DNA of 64,000 bases from a virus. Location: IMG/VR virus record IMGVR_UViG_3300045988_098681. The stretch is one strand, 5' to 3'. A program made the translations under genes and the position numbers. Below the pieces are notes generated by a model, which made no database searches, was not told the DNA's origin, and saw only the letters and a list, made by a program, of their open reading frames with translations. Each line of letters begins with the position of its first letter. Position 1 is the first letter of the stretch. Of the stretch, positions 15,947-25,841 are shown piece by piece.

Positions 15947-16873
15947 ATGGCAATTAGAGAAACATTTAGCAAATTCAAAGCAGTTGGAAGATTAAAAGAA
16001 GAAAAATTAGAGATTGTAGACGGGAAGTTTGATGATGGTGTACCATTCAACACTATTCGTGGTCGATTCGTGATTAGTGTTGGCGATGGAGAATACACTT
16101 GTGAAGTTTACACAAGAGATAAGTTTGCAGGCGAAGAACACAAAGACAATAGTGACTACAAAGCACTTGCAGAACTCAAAAATTGTGCCATCGACACACC
16201 GGTTGAAGTCCAGATTAGAACGAATCGTTTTAATGACTATGTTGGAAAGAGCGGAAAGCTCGTAAGTGTTGATTGTCTCAATGTAAATCGTGTAAAGATT
16301 CTTAACGAGCCTTCCAATGAGGAAAAGTTTGAGGGTGCAATCGAGGGTATGGTTACAAAGTGTGTGCCGGAATATCGTAATGAAGAGGAAACTGGTCGTT
16401 TACTTGTAGAAGTCACAGGTGTAGGTTATGGCGAAAAGGCATTACCGCATGCTCTTATTGTAGATAGTGAACTTGCAGATGGGTTCAAAGACATGTATGA
16501 TGTTGGCTCTCTTGCGACTTTCTATATTGCTATTAGTACCGTAGAGTATGGAGAAAAGAAAACTACAACTACAGGTGGCTTCGGTAGAAAGGCAGATATT
16601 AACACTGGGTTTACGAGAGTTGAGTGGTTTATCATTGGTGGCGAAGAACCTGTCGACGAAGAACAAGTAAATAATAAAGGCGAAAAGTTATATATCGACC
16701 CGAAAGAAATCAAGAACTTGCTTGAAGAGCGCAAGATTGAACTCGAACAGATTTTGAAAGAATCTAAGAACAAAGCACCAAAAACTAAAGCAAAGCCAAG
16801 TTTTAAAGATATGAGTAAATCAAGTATGGCAGATGGCAATCCATTTGATATTGGTGAGAACCCGTTTCTGTAG
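15947..16873 (+). CDS. putative ssDNA-binding protein
   Basis: position between Gp157 and AAA_24 ATPase; acidic/aromatic C-terminal tail ...DGNPFDIGENPFL like the SSB tip. Confidence 0.4.
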   Translation: MAIRETFSKFKAVGRLKEEKLEIVDGKFDDGVPFNTIRGRFVISVGDGEYTCEVYTRDKFAGEEHKDNSDYKALAELKNCAIDTPVEVQIRTNRFNDYVGKSGKLVSVDCLNVNRVKILNEPSNEEKFEGAIEGMVTKCVPEYRNEEETGRLLVEVTGVGYGEKALPHALIVDSELADGFKDMYDVGSLATFYIAISTVEYGEKKTTTTGGFGRKADINTGFTRVEWFIIGGEEPVDEEQVNNKGEKLYIDPKEIKNLLEERKIELEQILKESKNKAPKTKAKPSFKDMSKSSMADGNPFDIGENPFL

Positions 16874-16884
16874 GAGGTGAGTAG

Positions 16885-17895
16885 ATGGCTAAGATTGATA
16901 TTTTTGCGAAACAAGATAATAATATGGTTAATAGCCTCGAAGGTGTTACTATCGAAATCTTCGGAAACTCCGATACTGGAAAGACACTACAAGGAACACG
17001 CTTACCAAAACCAATGCTAATTATGGCAGAGGCAGGTGGTAACGCTCGAAATGTGCAAAAATTCCCTGTGGATGATTGGGATGATTTTTGCCAAATTGTT
17101 AAACAATTAACAGATAATTATGCAAAAGCAAGAGAAATGTATCAAACGATTGTAATTGACACTTCTGAATCCTTGGTTAATATCGTTGAACAAAAAGTAG
17201 CAAAACGATATGGAGTTTTAGATGTTTCAATGGTTCAAGATGCTGATGACTCAAATCCAAATGGATACCTTTTAGCCAGAACCATGTTTAAGAATCAAAT
17301 TAACCTACTTACTCGTCATGGATATACGGTTGTATTTATTTCACATGAAATGGTTGACGAAGATAAAAAATCAGCGACATATGGGAAACTTATCCCGTAT
17401 GGTTCTAATAAAGTTAAAGGTTCAACAAGATTCATTCGCGATTTATGTGATTTTGTAATTTACACTTATGCAAATGGTGTTGATGAAGAAACGGGAACTA
17501 CAATTTATTCGTCTGCAATTTGTAAGGAAACAAACGATGTATTTGCTCGTTCTCGCTTTCCTATGATGCAAGTTCATATTAAAGAGTTCACTGCTGAAAA
17601 TTTGACAAAAGCTATCACAGATGCTATTGCTAAAACAGCAGAAAATGAAGGTGCAGGTCTTACATCTTTTAAAGAAAGAACCGTAGGCTATACAAAAGAA
17701 GATTACATTCAACTCTTACAACCGTATGTTGCTAAACTATTCTCATTATATCCAGACTATGTTGCAGAACAAATTGAATCACAACTTGGCGTAGGTAAGA
17801 AGCTCACAGAAGCAACAGATGAGCAAGTAACTGAACTTGGTGCTTTATATTCTACATTTATTGACTTTTGCACACAAAGAGGAATTAACATCTAA
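16885..17895 (+). CDS. AAA_24 / Sak4-like RecA-fold ATPase
   Basis: Walker A GNSDTGKT, Walker B TIVIDT; family context with Gp157 and SSB. Confidence 0.65.
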   Translation: MAKIDIFAKQDNNMVNSLEGVTIEIFGNSDTGKTLQGTRLPKPMLIMAEAGGNARNVQKFPVDDWDDFCQIVKQLTDNYAKAREMYQTIVIDTSESLVNIVEQKVAKRYGVLDVSMVQDADDSNPNGYLLARTMFKNQINLLTRHGYTVVFISHEMVDEDKKSATYGKLIPYGSNKVKGSTRFIRDLCDFVIYTYANGVDEETGTTIYSSAICKETNDVFARSRFPMMQVHIKEFTAENLTKAITDAIAKTAENEGAGLTSFKERTVGYTKEDYIQLLQPYVAKLFSLYPDYVAEQIESQLGVGKKLTEATDEQVTELGALYSTFIDFCTQRGINI

Positions 17896-17904
17896 CCCTA
17901 CAAA

Positions 17905-17932
17905 ATTTTCCCCCTTAATAGGGGGATTTTTT
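17905..17932 (+). terminator. intrinsic terminator
   Basis: TCCCCC-TTAATA-GGGGGA hairpin followed by TTTTTT. Confidence 0.7.
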
Positions 17933-17943
17933 ATAAAATAGTG

Positions 17944-17972
17944 TTGACAATCTCTCTCGAATGGGTTATAAT
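17944..17972 (+). promoter_or_regulatory. perfect-consensus sigma-A promoter
   Basis: TTGACA - 17 nt - TATAAT. Confidence 0.7.
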
Positions 17973-18011
17973 AAAGAAAATAAAACAAGTGAAAGAGAAA
18001 GGAGAATTAAA

Positions 18012-18218
18012 ATGAACACAAAAGGCGAAGTTGAAAACATGATTGTAGATGCTTACAAAGACAATGTTCGTAAAACTTATATCAAACACATGGTACAGGG
18101 ATATGAGGTGGCTATGCAAACAATATATGATTATCTCAAAAGACACACGAAAAAGGAAACACTGGAGTTTTGTAAGAAGTGTTTAGAACGTAAGAATTTA
18201 GATAAGATGGAGGGTTAA
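18012..18218 (+). CDS. hypothetical protein
   Basis: trimmed to the ATG after AAAGGAGAA. Confidence 0.55.
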   Translation: MNTKGEVENMIVDAYKDNVRKTYIKHMVQGYEVAMQTIYDYLKRHTKKETLEFCKKCLERKNLDKMEG

Positions 18219-18219
18219 A

Positions 18220-18705
18220 ATGAGCGAGAATTATATTGTAATCAATGGTAGGAGAGCCGAGTTAACAAAAGAACAAATGGAGCAGCTTGGGATTGAGGCG
18301 GAGAAAAAAGATAAAAGGTGGAGAGCAGATGGTCATACAAAATATTGGTTTCTTGATTCTCAAAATAGGATAGATGCCGATATGGAACTTAGACAAAGAG
18401 AAGATGACTTTCGTTATTATTCACACAACTACTTCCAAACTAAAGAAGAGGCTGAAATCTATGCTCGTGTGCTTGAAACAGAAATGTTGTTGAAAAAATA
18501 TGCAGATGAGAATAATACGGAGTTCGTGGACATTAAATACTACCTTCTGTGGTCTAAAACAGCTAATGAATTGCGAACGGACTATTTGGGCTCTCGTGCT
18601 TGTAGACCTCGCACTATATTTTTTTCGTCACAAGAAATTATACAAGAAGCCATTAAAAAAATCGGTTTAGAACGTATTTCTGAATATTTAACATACGAAT
18701 GGTAG
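18220..18705 (+). CDS. hypothetical protein
   Basis: 161-aa ORF. Confidence 0.6.
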   Translation: MSENYIVINGRRAELTKEQMEQLGIEAEKKDKRWRADGHTKYWFLDSQNRIDADMELRQREDDFRYYSHNYFQTKEEAEIYARVLETEMLLKKYADENNTEFVDIKYYLLWSKTANELRTDYLGSRACRPRTIFFSSQEIIQEAIKKIGLERISEYLTYEW

Positions 18706-18713
18706 GTGATAAT

Positions 18714-19148
18714 ATGAAAATTATTGATTTTGACAAAAAAGGTAACGTTGTACGATTTTATCTAGGTGATGATAATTGTAACGACTATTGGGGCGATGAT
18801 TGGAACGATACACCATATGAACACAATGCAGGTTCAGTATATGATAGATACATTACCAAATATATCGACATGTACTTCCCGTTCGATTCATTGGTGCTTG
18901 AGCCACAAGACGATTGGAGAAATAATTGTAACAGTCATTACTCTAAAGAGGATATGAAAAAGGGCTATGTTCCTTGCATTATCGTAGTACCTAGCGAGCT
19001 TGCGGGAGAAACATACGATGATACTTTTGGATATTGGATTGGCTCAAAGAACATCGAAAAGTTCTACTTTAATGACTCTGAACAAAAGCTAAAAGATTGT
19101 CATTATATGTACACAGAAAGGGATGTAGACCATGAACAAGAAGTGTGA
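18714..19148 (+). CDS. hypothetical protein
   Basis: ORF 18699-19148; second ATG preferred. Confidence 0.55.
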   Translation: MKIIDFDKKGNVVRFYLGDDNCNDYWGDDWNDTPYEHNAGSVYDRYITKYIDMYFPFDSLVLEPQDDWRNNCNSHYSKEDMKKGYVPCIIVVPSELAGETYDDTFGYWIGSKNIEKFYFNDSEQKLKDCHYMYTERDVDHEQEV

Positions 19149-19407
19149 AACGATAGTTATTCAAGAGTGCAACTATGAAACATACGAGGACTACAAAAGA
19201 GCAATTATCGACTTAATAGATACTCTTGTTAAAAACGATTATGTTGTTGTTGTAAGACAAGAGCTAAACAATATGATTATTGAATATAATTTTATTGACG
19301 AGAATTTGTCCGATAGCAGGCTCGTATGGCTTGGTTGCGATGAATATGTTATGAGTGATGAGTATTTTACACTTTCCGAGGAGGGCGATAAAGATGAAGA
19401 ATATTGA
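19132..19407 (+). CDS. hypothetical protein
   Basis: 91-aa ORF. Confidence 0.5.
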   Translation: MNKKCETIVIQECNYETYEDYKRAIIDLIDTLVKNDYVVVVRQELNNMIIEYNFIDENLSDSRLVWLGCDEYVMSDEYFTLSEEGDKDEEY

Positions 19408-20224
19408 CGCTATCCAAGCGACAATAGAGAGGGTCAAAAGCAAATATGATGTTGCCTATGACAAACTTGACGAAACTTGGAACGACTTCACCATTAAAGA
19501 ATGTCCGAATTGGCGTTTTGGATTATATTGCTATGAGTACAACGAAGATACGCCAAAGAAAGAATTATCTTACTTTTGCCAAAACGAACGAAATATCAAC
19601 AAGTTCAAGCCAAGTTGGAGCTACATTAAAAAAGACATTACAGTATACGATGACGATATTGAACAATGCGGGTATTGGATTCATGGTATTGACTACATTA
19701 TGGATAGCATAAATTTTATCCATAAGCACCCTATTCGAGCATGGGCAGAAGATTATTATGGATATATGGCTAATTGTATTTATGTGTCAAGTTGCAAAGT
19801 TTTCTTCCAATGGGTCAAATATAAGCTACACGAGGGCAAAGATAATTTTATAAAGAATACACTAAACAAAAGATTGCTTCGATGGTTCAAAAGGAATATA
19901 GTGCCATACATCTATGAATTTTCTGCCGTTGATGAAGACAATCCACCAATTAAAGGCAAAATTAGAATCTTTGACTTTGGCGAGTTTAATGGATACAGTG
20001 TTATTTATGAGCTTGACGAGCAGGAAGAACGTCCACATGGTTTCTATAATTGGTTCACAGATGTAGATAAGGATTGCGAATTGTCGCAAAAGTTCGATAG
20101 TTTTTGCGACAAGTACAAGAAAATAGCCGACTTTTTTAGAGTTTATTGGAGCAATCCATTTGACTATTCATACCAATATTTATATGAAAAGGAGATTCCT
20201 TATGAGTTCGCAAGTGAAGTGTAG
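19394..20224 (+). CDS. hypothetical protein
   Basis: trimmed to the ATG after GAGGAGGG. Confidence 0.6.
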   Translation: MKNIDAIQATIERVKSKYDVAYDKLDETWNDFTIKECPNWRFGLYCYEYNEDTPKKELSYFCQNERNINKFKPSWSYIKKDITVYDDDIEQCGYWIHGIDYIMDSINFIHKHPIRAWAEDYYGYMANCIYVSSCKVFFQWVKYKLHEGKDNFIKNTLNKRLLRWFKRNIVPYIYEFSAVDEDNPPIKGKIRIFDFGEFNGYSVIYELDEQEERPHGFYNWFTDVDKDCELSQKFDSFCDKYKKIADFFRVYWSNPFDYSYQYLYEKEIPYEFASEV

Positions 20225-20732
20225 GTATTGTGGCGAGATGGTTAATAAAGATTCAGCATACCAAGATAAAGAGCGTAGGGGCTATTATTTTTGCAACCAC
20301 GAACATTTTATCAAGGACAAGGAAAAAGTCGCTAAAAAAGCCACCAGCGAGCCTAAAGTGCCTATTCGACCACAAGCCTACAATGAACTTATCGCTTATG
20401 TGTATGAACTTTATAACAAGAACATACCAAGCTTCGTTTTCAAACAAATAAGCGATATGACAAAGCGCACCACAAAACCGTTCACATACAAAGGTATTGA
20501 ACTTTCCTTGCGTTATTGGGTGGATACTCTTAACCATGGGTTTGATAGAAATAATGGGCTTGGCATTGTAGAGTATGTGTATGATGAGGCAGAGCAATTT
20601 TGGAAAGATAGGCAAAGGGTGGCTAGGGCTGCACAAGGGATGCAAGGTGATAATGTAATCGCACAAGGCACAAAAACAAATGTAGAAGCCCTAAAGTATA
20701 AGATTAAGAAAGGTGGTAAGAGTAATGTTTAA
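20202..20732 (+). CDS. hypothetical Zn-ribbon protein upstream of helicase (possible loader/initiator)
   Basis: AAGGAG RBS; N-terminal CRYCG...CNHEH; function inferred only from position. Confidence 0.35.
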   Translation: MSSQVKCRYCGEMVNKDSAYQDKERRGYYFCNHEHFIKDKEKVAKKATSEPKVPIRPQAYNELIAYVYELYNKNIPSFVFKQISDMTKRTTKPFTYKGIELSLRYWVDTLNHGFDRNNGLGIVEYVYDEAEQFWKDRQRVARAAQGMQGDNVIAQGTKTNVEALKYKIKKGGKSNV

Positions 20733-20886
20733 ATCATATTTTGGTGCGAGTATAGAGAAACACCTGTCTGAACGATGGAAGGTTGGTGTAACCATTGTTC
20801 ACATGGATATGGAAACATACCTTTGTATTGACTTAGTGAAACGCCAATTAAGAATTGGTAAGTTATGTAGGTGGGAAAATGATTGA
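20725..20886 (+). CDS. hypothetical protein (53 aa)
   Basis: not in track; coupled to flanking genes. Confidence 0.35.
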   Translation: MFKSYFGASIEKHLSERWKVGVTIVHMDMETYLCIDLVKRQLRIGKLCRWEND

Positions 20887-21112
20887 ATTTTTAAAAAAAT
20901 TTTCTGATGAAGGGATTAAAGTATTTATTGACACAGATACTCATGGTATGATGAAAGTTAAATTAACTCATGGAAATAATCATTCGTATTATTTTGCTGA
21001 TTTAAAAGAATTAGTCCAATTAAATTTGTCAGATGATGATGTTTTTATTGAAATACTTCGTCATACATATTATGAATTAAAAGAATTTGAGGCAAGACAA
21101 AATGATTTATAA
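20879..21112 (+). CDS. hypothetical protein
   Basis: trimmed to ATG MIEFLKK. Confidence 0.5.
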   Translation: MIEFLKKFSDEGIKVFIDTDTHGMMKVKLTHGNNHSYYFADLKELVQLNLSDDDVFIEILRHTYYELKEFEARQNDL

Positions 21113-22640
21113 TCGTATAGCTGCACAAATGGCTCTTGGCATGATAATGAACAATGTATCTATCCTTTATAATGCTAGGTATAAATTATCCCCTAACGAT
21201 TTCAAACCCATCCTATGGCAATATTATTTATTCAGTGCAATCGAGATTATCGCCGAGAGTGGGTGCGAGGAAGTGGACGAAAACACAATTACTGCATTTC
21301 TGCTTAGTAGCGATAAGTATAAACCGATGCTTGAGGTGCTAAAGGAAAATAGTTATAGTGAGTTTATACGAGCCATTAAAGAGGCGGTAAGGGATGGAAA
21401 TCAAAGTTTCGACTATTACTACGACCAAGTAAAAAAATACTCTCTTGTGCGTGATTATAAGGCTCAAGGGTTCAATGTGGACGCTATTTATGACGAGGGC
21501 AAAGACGAAGCAGAACAAAAGCAAAAGCTCAACTCAATGGGGATTGAAGAAATCTTAAACTATTTTGACTCAATCCAAGTACGCATGAAAGCCGAGTATA
21601 GCAAAGAAGCACCGATTGAGGAAAGTTGGGTGGGTGAAAATACACATGAGTTACTAGAGCTATTCAAACAAACTCCTGCGACCGGTTGTGTTCTTAATTC
21701 ACCCTATTTATCCACGATTTCAGCAGGGTGGCAAAGAGGATATTTAATATTGCGTACTATGCCAAGTGGTACGGGTAAAACCGCTCAAGCTATTGGTGAT
21801 TTGTGTTTGGTATGTTGCAAGAAGATATGGGATGTTAAGAAGAACAGGTATGTTGACAACCCACAATATCAAGGTAGAGGCTTTTATATTCATACCGAGC
21901 AAAAGCAATGGGAACAAGTTATGCCAAGGTTCTTATCGTATATTTCGAATGTTGAGTGTTACCGTATTATGCGAGGACAATTAACCGAATATGAGGAACA
22001 AAAGGTTGAAGAGGCGGGTGCTATACTTAAAGATAGTGGCATAAGACTTATAAATTTGCCACAATTCACCATGAAGTCGATAAGAGATACAATTAAGAAT
22101 ATGGTGCTACAATACGGTTGTACTTATGGAGTATTCGACTATATCTTTGATAACACTAATTGTATGCAAGAATATAGACAAAAGGTTGGGAATAGCGGAA
22201 GGCAAGACATGATGTTCCTTGCGGTCGCTACTGACCTTAAAGAAATGGCAGAGGAATACAATATTGGTCTAATGTCAATGACACAAACCAATGGCAAGGA
22301 AAAACAAATAGGGAACGGAGCTGCCGATGAAAGTTGCGTGTTCGGTAGTACACAAATGAAGAACAAAGTTGATACGGGTGTTGTAAGTTTGTTTCCTAAA
22401 AAGTCAGAGCTTGAACTTATTGCACCGCTCATTGACAATTCGCCATTTGGGGACAAGATAAATATAAATATGGTTACAAGTGTGTATAAGGGTAGGTATA
22501 ATATGTACGGTGCTACAATTAAGATATGGCAACATTTAGATAGAAGCACAGGCAGGTCGATTGATTATTTTTGCACAGATGCAGATAATGAACCAATACA
22601 AGTGGATAGAACGGTGTTGGAAGGGGTTGAATTGGTATAA
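21102..22640 (+). CDS. dnaB: DnaB-type replicative DNA helicase
   Basis: DnaB-like N-domain; Walker A PSGTGKT; RecA-fold C-domain; track start is TTG, ATG at 21102 preferred. Confidence 0.8.
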   Translation: MIYNRIAAQMALGMIMNNVSILYNARYKLSPNDFKPILWQYYLFSAIEIIAESGCEEVDENTITAFLLSSDKYKPMLEVLKENSYSEFIRAIKEAVRDGNQSFDYYYDQVKKYSLVRDYKAQGFNVDAIYDEGKDEAEQKQKLNSMGIEEILNYFDSIQVRMKAEYSKEAPIEESWVGENTHELLELFKQTPATGCVLNSPYLSTISAGWQRGYLILRTMPSGTGKTAQAIGDLCLVCCKKIWDVKKNRYVDNPQYQGRGFYIHTEQKQWEQVMPRFLSYISNVECYRIMRGQLTEYEEQKVEEAGAILKDSGIRLINLPQFTMKSIRDTIKNMVLQYGCTYGVFDYIFDNTNCMQEYRQKVGNSGRQDMMFLAVATDLKEMAEEYNIGLMSMTQTNGKEKQIGNGAADESCVFGSTQMKNKVDTGVVSLFPKKSELELIAPLIDNSPFGDKININMVTSVYKGRYNMYGATIKIWQHLDRSTGRSIDYFCTDADNEPIQVDRTVLEGVELV

Positions 22641-22659
22641 TTTTTTTTAATTTACCCCT

Positions 22660-22688
22660 TGACAAACCCTCCAACATAGTGTAAGATA
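22660..22688 (+). promoter_or_regulatory. sigma-A-type promoter
   Basis: TTGACA - 17 nt - TAAGAT. Confidence 0.55.
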
Positions 22689-22716
22689 ATTATAACAACA
22701 CGAGGAGGTTTACACT

Positions 22717-23001
22717 ATGAAAACTATTACAAACGAATTGAGAGCAAAGTTAATAAAATCTAATGGCGGTCTTGCAAAAGTTAAGTGGGATGAAATTTTT
22801 GACAATGAGCAGGAGCTTATCGAAGCTATGTTTAACGAAAAGGTAGTTGTAGAAAATGCGCCAATGTATTTAAGATGTAGAGGGTACGAGTACATTAAGA
22901 GCTTTAGACGTTATTATGAGAAAAATGATTGTTTGACAGATAAGCAAATGACACAGCTAAAAAGGTTAGGTTCTCAAATTGCTTATAGGATTTATTGTTA
23001 G
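22717..23001 (+). CDS. hypothetical protein
   Basis: GAGGAGGT RBS. Confidence 0.6.
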   Translation: MKTITNELRAKLIKSNGGLAKVKWDEIFDNEQELIEAMFNEKVVVENAPMYLRCRGYEYIKSFRRYYEKNDCLTDKQMTQLKRLGSQIAYRIYC

Positions 23002-23021
23002 GAAGTTAGGAGGTAAATATT

Positions 23022-23432
23022 ATGCGTTTATGGCACAAAGATTTAATTCAAATTTTACCAAAAAATCAACTTTTATCTCAATAGAGAGAATGTTGTTGCA
23101 TTGCAAGGAATATTGCAATTAACGGGCATCCAAACCATATATTAGTCAATAAGATTATGGATTATGATATCGCTCATTTTTATTCTTACACTAAATTAGT
23201 GTATCTTGAAATGAGGAGGCGCGGATATAAGGTTGACGCTAATTGCTTTAAAAAGTGGGTTGGTGATTCTTGGTTTTGGTGGAGCGGCCATTATGTAGTA
23301 GATAAAGCACATATTTTTGAGGGGTGGCATAATGATAGATATTTAACACAGTGCTATTTTAATCTGCAAGAAAAATATGATTGTGTCGGTATCAGTGAAG
23401 AAGAGTGGTCAAAAATAGGAGGATCAAAATGA
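23022..23432 (+). pseudogene. T4 endonuclease V-like / TIGR02328-like (pyrimidine-dimer glycosylase family) gene with one in-frame TAG
   Basis: AGGAGG RBS; MRLWHKDLIQILPKNQLLSQ-TAG(23082-23084)-RECCCIARN...; in frame with track ORF 23157-23432. Confidence 0.5.
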
Positions 23433-23677
23433 GAGTGTTTAAATTTTATGATTTTGAATATCCAGATGAAATGTGGAAGATTATAAATTATTTAAAACAA
23501 CATGGCGAGATTAACGTTAAGTATACGAGGCTCGAAGAACTATATGAGGATTTTAGCTATGACGTATATTGCGCTCAATGGATGATGGTTTCCGATGAAA
23601 CTTTGCGTAGATTCGCTGAATATTTAGCAGATATAGAGGTAAAATACTATCTAAAATCGAGGTTGAAGAAGGAGTGA
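23429..23677 (+). CDS. hypothetical protein
   Basis: TAGGAGGA RBS. Confidence 0.6.
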   Translation: MRVFKFYDFEYPDEMWKIINYLKQHGEINVKYTRLEELYEDFSYDVYCAQWMMVSDETLRRFAEYLADIEVKYYLKSRLKKE

Positions 23678-23680
23678 ATT

Positions 23681-23962
23681 ATGAAAGCAACAGAAATTAA
23701 AAATATCAAAACACTCTCTATCGAAGAGTCGAGCTTCATAAATATTATGGCAAGATGCTATATTGCAAAAAACAAATGGGGGCATTTGATTGTTTATGAT
23801 TTTGAGCCAAAATGGGAAAATAACAAGTGGAAACCATTCTTCCCAGAATTTCCATGTATGTTAATAAGTTCAAAATACTTTCAATTTATTAAAACTAATG
23901 AATGTTGGTACTTTGAGCGCGATGGTGGAATGGCAAATGTAACAAACGCTTTGAAGGAGTAA
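23681..23962 (+). CDS. hypothetical protein
   Basis: GAAGGAG RBS. Confidence 0.6.
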   Translation: MKATEIKNIKTLSIEESSFINIMARCYIAKNKWGHLIVYDFEPKWENNKWKPFFPEFPCMLISSKYFQFIKTNECWYFERDGGMANVTNALKE

Positions 23963-23966
23963 AACA

Positions 23967-24365
23967 ATGAAAGAACAATTTACTTATAACGGACATGATT
24001 ATAAAAGAGGCGATAAGATAAGAATTGTATCGACCCTTTTTAATCGAGTATACGGAGAAGATGAAGATGTTGGCAAGGTTTATTCAATCATTGGTTGGTT
24101 AGAACCCAACGAAGGAAACGAAGGGCAACTAATCGAAGTTGAAAAAATAGAAGGCTCTGAAAGAAGATTTATAACAAAATATGACGAATTTGAGCCATTT
24201 GATGAATCGATAGAACTTGCATTATGTTACAATAAATTTACAAGAGATCAACAAGAAAAGTTGTGCAAACGATATGGTAAAGATATTGACAACATGACAG
24301 GAACCGAATTGTTGGATTTATTGTCGTTTCATTTAGACAATATCTTAGTGGAGGGGTTGGAATGA
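23967..24365 (+). CDS. hypothetical protein
   Basis: GAAGGAG RBS. Confidence 0.6.
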   Translation: MKEQFTYNGHDYKRGDKIRIVSTLFNRVYGEDEDVGKVYSIIGWLEPNEGNEGQLIEVEKIEGSERRFITKYDEFEPFDESIELALCYNKFTRDQQEKLCKRYGKDIDNMTGTELLDLLSFHLDNILVEGLE

Positions 24366-24586
24366 ACAAAATTGAGATTAAAGAACTTTCTCCTCGTATG
24401 GAGATAACAAAAAAGGTACAAAAAGATAATGGCAATTATCGGATTGAAGGGTTCGCGCCAGTTTATGAAAATGATAAGAAGGTTGGCAAACTTGAGATTG
24501 TTATATTTAATATCAATTTAGACAATGGATTGCTCTCACCAGACGAAGAAGGGAGATATTATGAAGTTTCTAAACGGTTGGATTGA
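24362..24586 (+). CDS. hypothetical protein
   Basis: GGAGGGG RBS. Confidence 0.55.
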   Translation: MNKIEIKELSPRMEITKKVQKDNGNYRIEGFAPVYENDKKVGKLEIVIFNINLDNGLLSPDEEGRYYEVSKRLD

Positions 24587-24824
24587 TATACCCGATGAAG
24601 ATTTAGAAAAAGACACTGATGAAGAAGTCAGAGTTTGTCAGTATTGCCAAGCAGACCCGAGTGAATGTGGGGAATGGGAAGAATGTTGTTATAATGGTGT
24701 TATAAGAGAAATGCAAAAGATGAAAAGCATGAACACAGATAAAACATTGCAGGAACATGCTCCATGGGAAACTAAGGTATTTGATTTTAGAACAGGCGAA
24801 GTTGTGGATTGGGAGGATTTGTAA
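24561..24824 (+). CDS. hypothetical Cys-containing protein
   Basis: GAAGGGAGA RBS. Confidence 0.5.
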   Translation: MKFLNGWIDIPDEDLEKDTDEEVRVCQYCQADPSECGEWEECCYNGVIREMQKMKSMNTDKTLQEHAPWETKVFDFRTGEVVDWEDL

Positions 24825-25546
24825 TGAAGTATGTAGGTAGCAAGAATCGTCTATCTAAAGACTTAGTTCCTATTATACAAAAGTTCATAGACAATAATAA
24901 TATCAAACATTACTATGAGCCATTTGTAGGAGTCTGTAATCTTATAGATAAGATTAAGTGTGAAAATAGGTATGGTAGTGATATTCATTCATATTTAATC
25001 GCACTACTCAAACAAGCACAAACTGATACAAGTATATTTCCTACCACAATCACTGAGGAAGAATATAAGTCAGTTCGTACCAACCCACAAAATTATCCAG
25101 ATTGGTATGTAGGATTAGTTGGTTTCTGTTCATTTGGTGGCAAATGGTGGGGTGGCTATCCTAGAGGTTATAAGGCGGATAAAGTAACCCCTAGAGATAT
25201 ATGCAATGAAATAATTCGCAACCTTATCAAGCAAGCACCTAACCTAAAAGACATTAAATTTGATTGTCGTTCATTCGAGCAAAGTGCAAAGGTTTCAAAT
25301 TTTGTTATTTATGCCGACATACCTTATCGCTCATCAATTAAGTATACAACCGAAGATTTTCCATACGAACGATTTTATGATTGGGCTAGAGCAATGAGTA
25401 AGGATAATATTGTTCTTGTGAGTGAATATTGGATGCCGGACGATTTTGAATGTATATGGAGTAAGACATTAAAGTGTACGTTAGATAAGAATAGTCGGAC
25501 TGATAAAGTTGAGAAATTGTTTAAGTGGAAAGGAGAATCTAAATAA
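24824..25546 (+). CDS. Dam-family N6-adenine DNA methyltransferase (orphan)
   Basis: N-terminal KYVGSKNRL (SAM-binding), catalytic D-I-P-Y (YADIPYR). Confidence 0.75.
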   Translation: MKYVGSKNRLSKDLVPIIQKFIDNNNIKHYYEPFVGVCNLIDKIKCENRYGSDIHSYLIALLKQAQTDTSIFPTTITEEEYKSVRTNPQNYPDWYVGLVGFCSFGGKWWGGYPRGYKADKVTPRDICNEIIRNLIKQAPNLKDIKFDCRSFEQSAKVSNFVIYADIPYRSSIKYTTEDFPYERFYDWARAMSKDNIVLVSEYWMPDDFECIWSKTLKCTLDKNSRTDKVEKLFKWKGESK

Positions 25547-25798
25547 ATGGGATTTATAAAATTTAATAATTCCTATATACGAGTCGATATTATTATTGCA
25601 ATCGTTCCAAAAATTTTCACAATCGTAAATGCGTCTATAGGCTTGCAAACAGAGTATGCAATTCGCTTGATTACGACTGACGAAAATGTCAATGTCAATT
25701 TAGAAGAAAGATATTTGAGTAAAGAAGAACGCGATGAGAGAATGGATAGTTTGGCTTATTTTATGAATAGGGCAGAGAAGATAAGGGAGAAAAAATGA
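25547..25798 (+). CDS. hypothetical protein
   Basis: 83-aa ORF abutting the previous stop. Confidence 0.5.
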   Translation: MGFIKFNNSYIRVDIIIAIVPKIFTIVNASIGLQTEYAIRLITTDENVNVNLEERYLSKEERDERMDSLAYFMNRAEKIREKK

Positions 25799-25841
25799 TA
25801 GTACAACAAATAGCAAATAGTGGAAAGGATAGAAAATAAAC

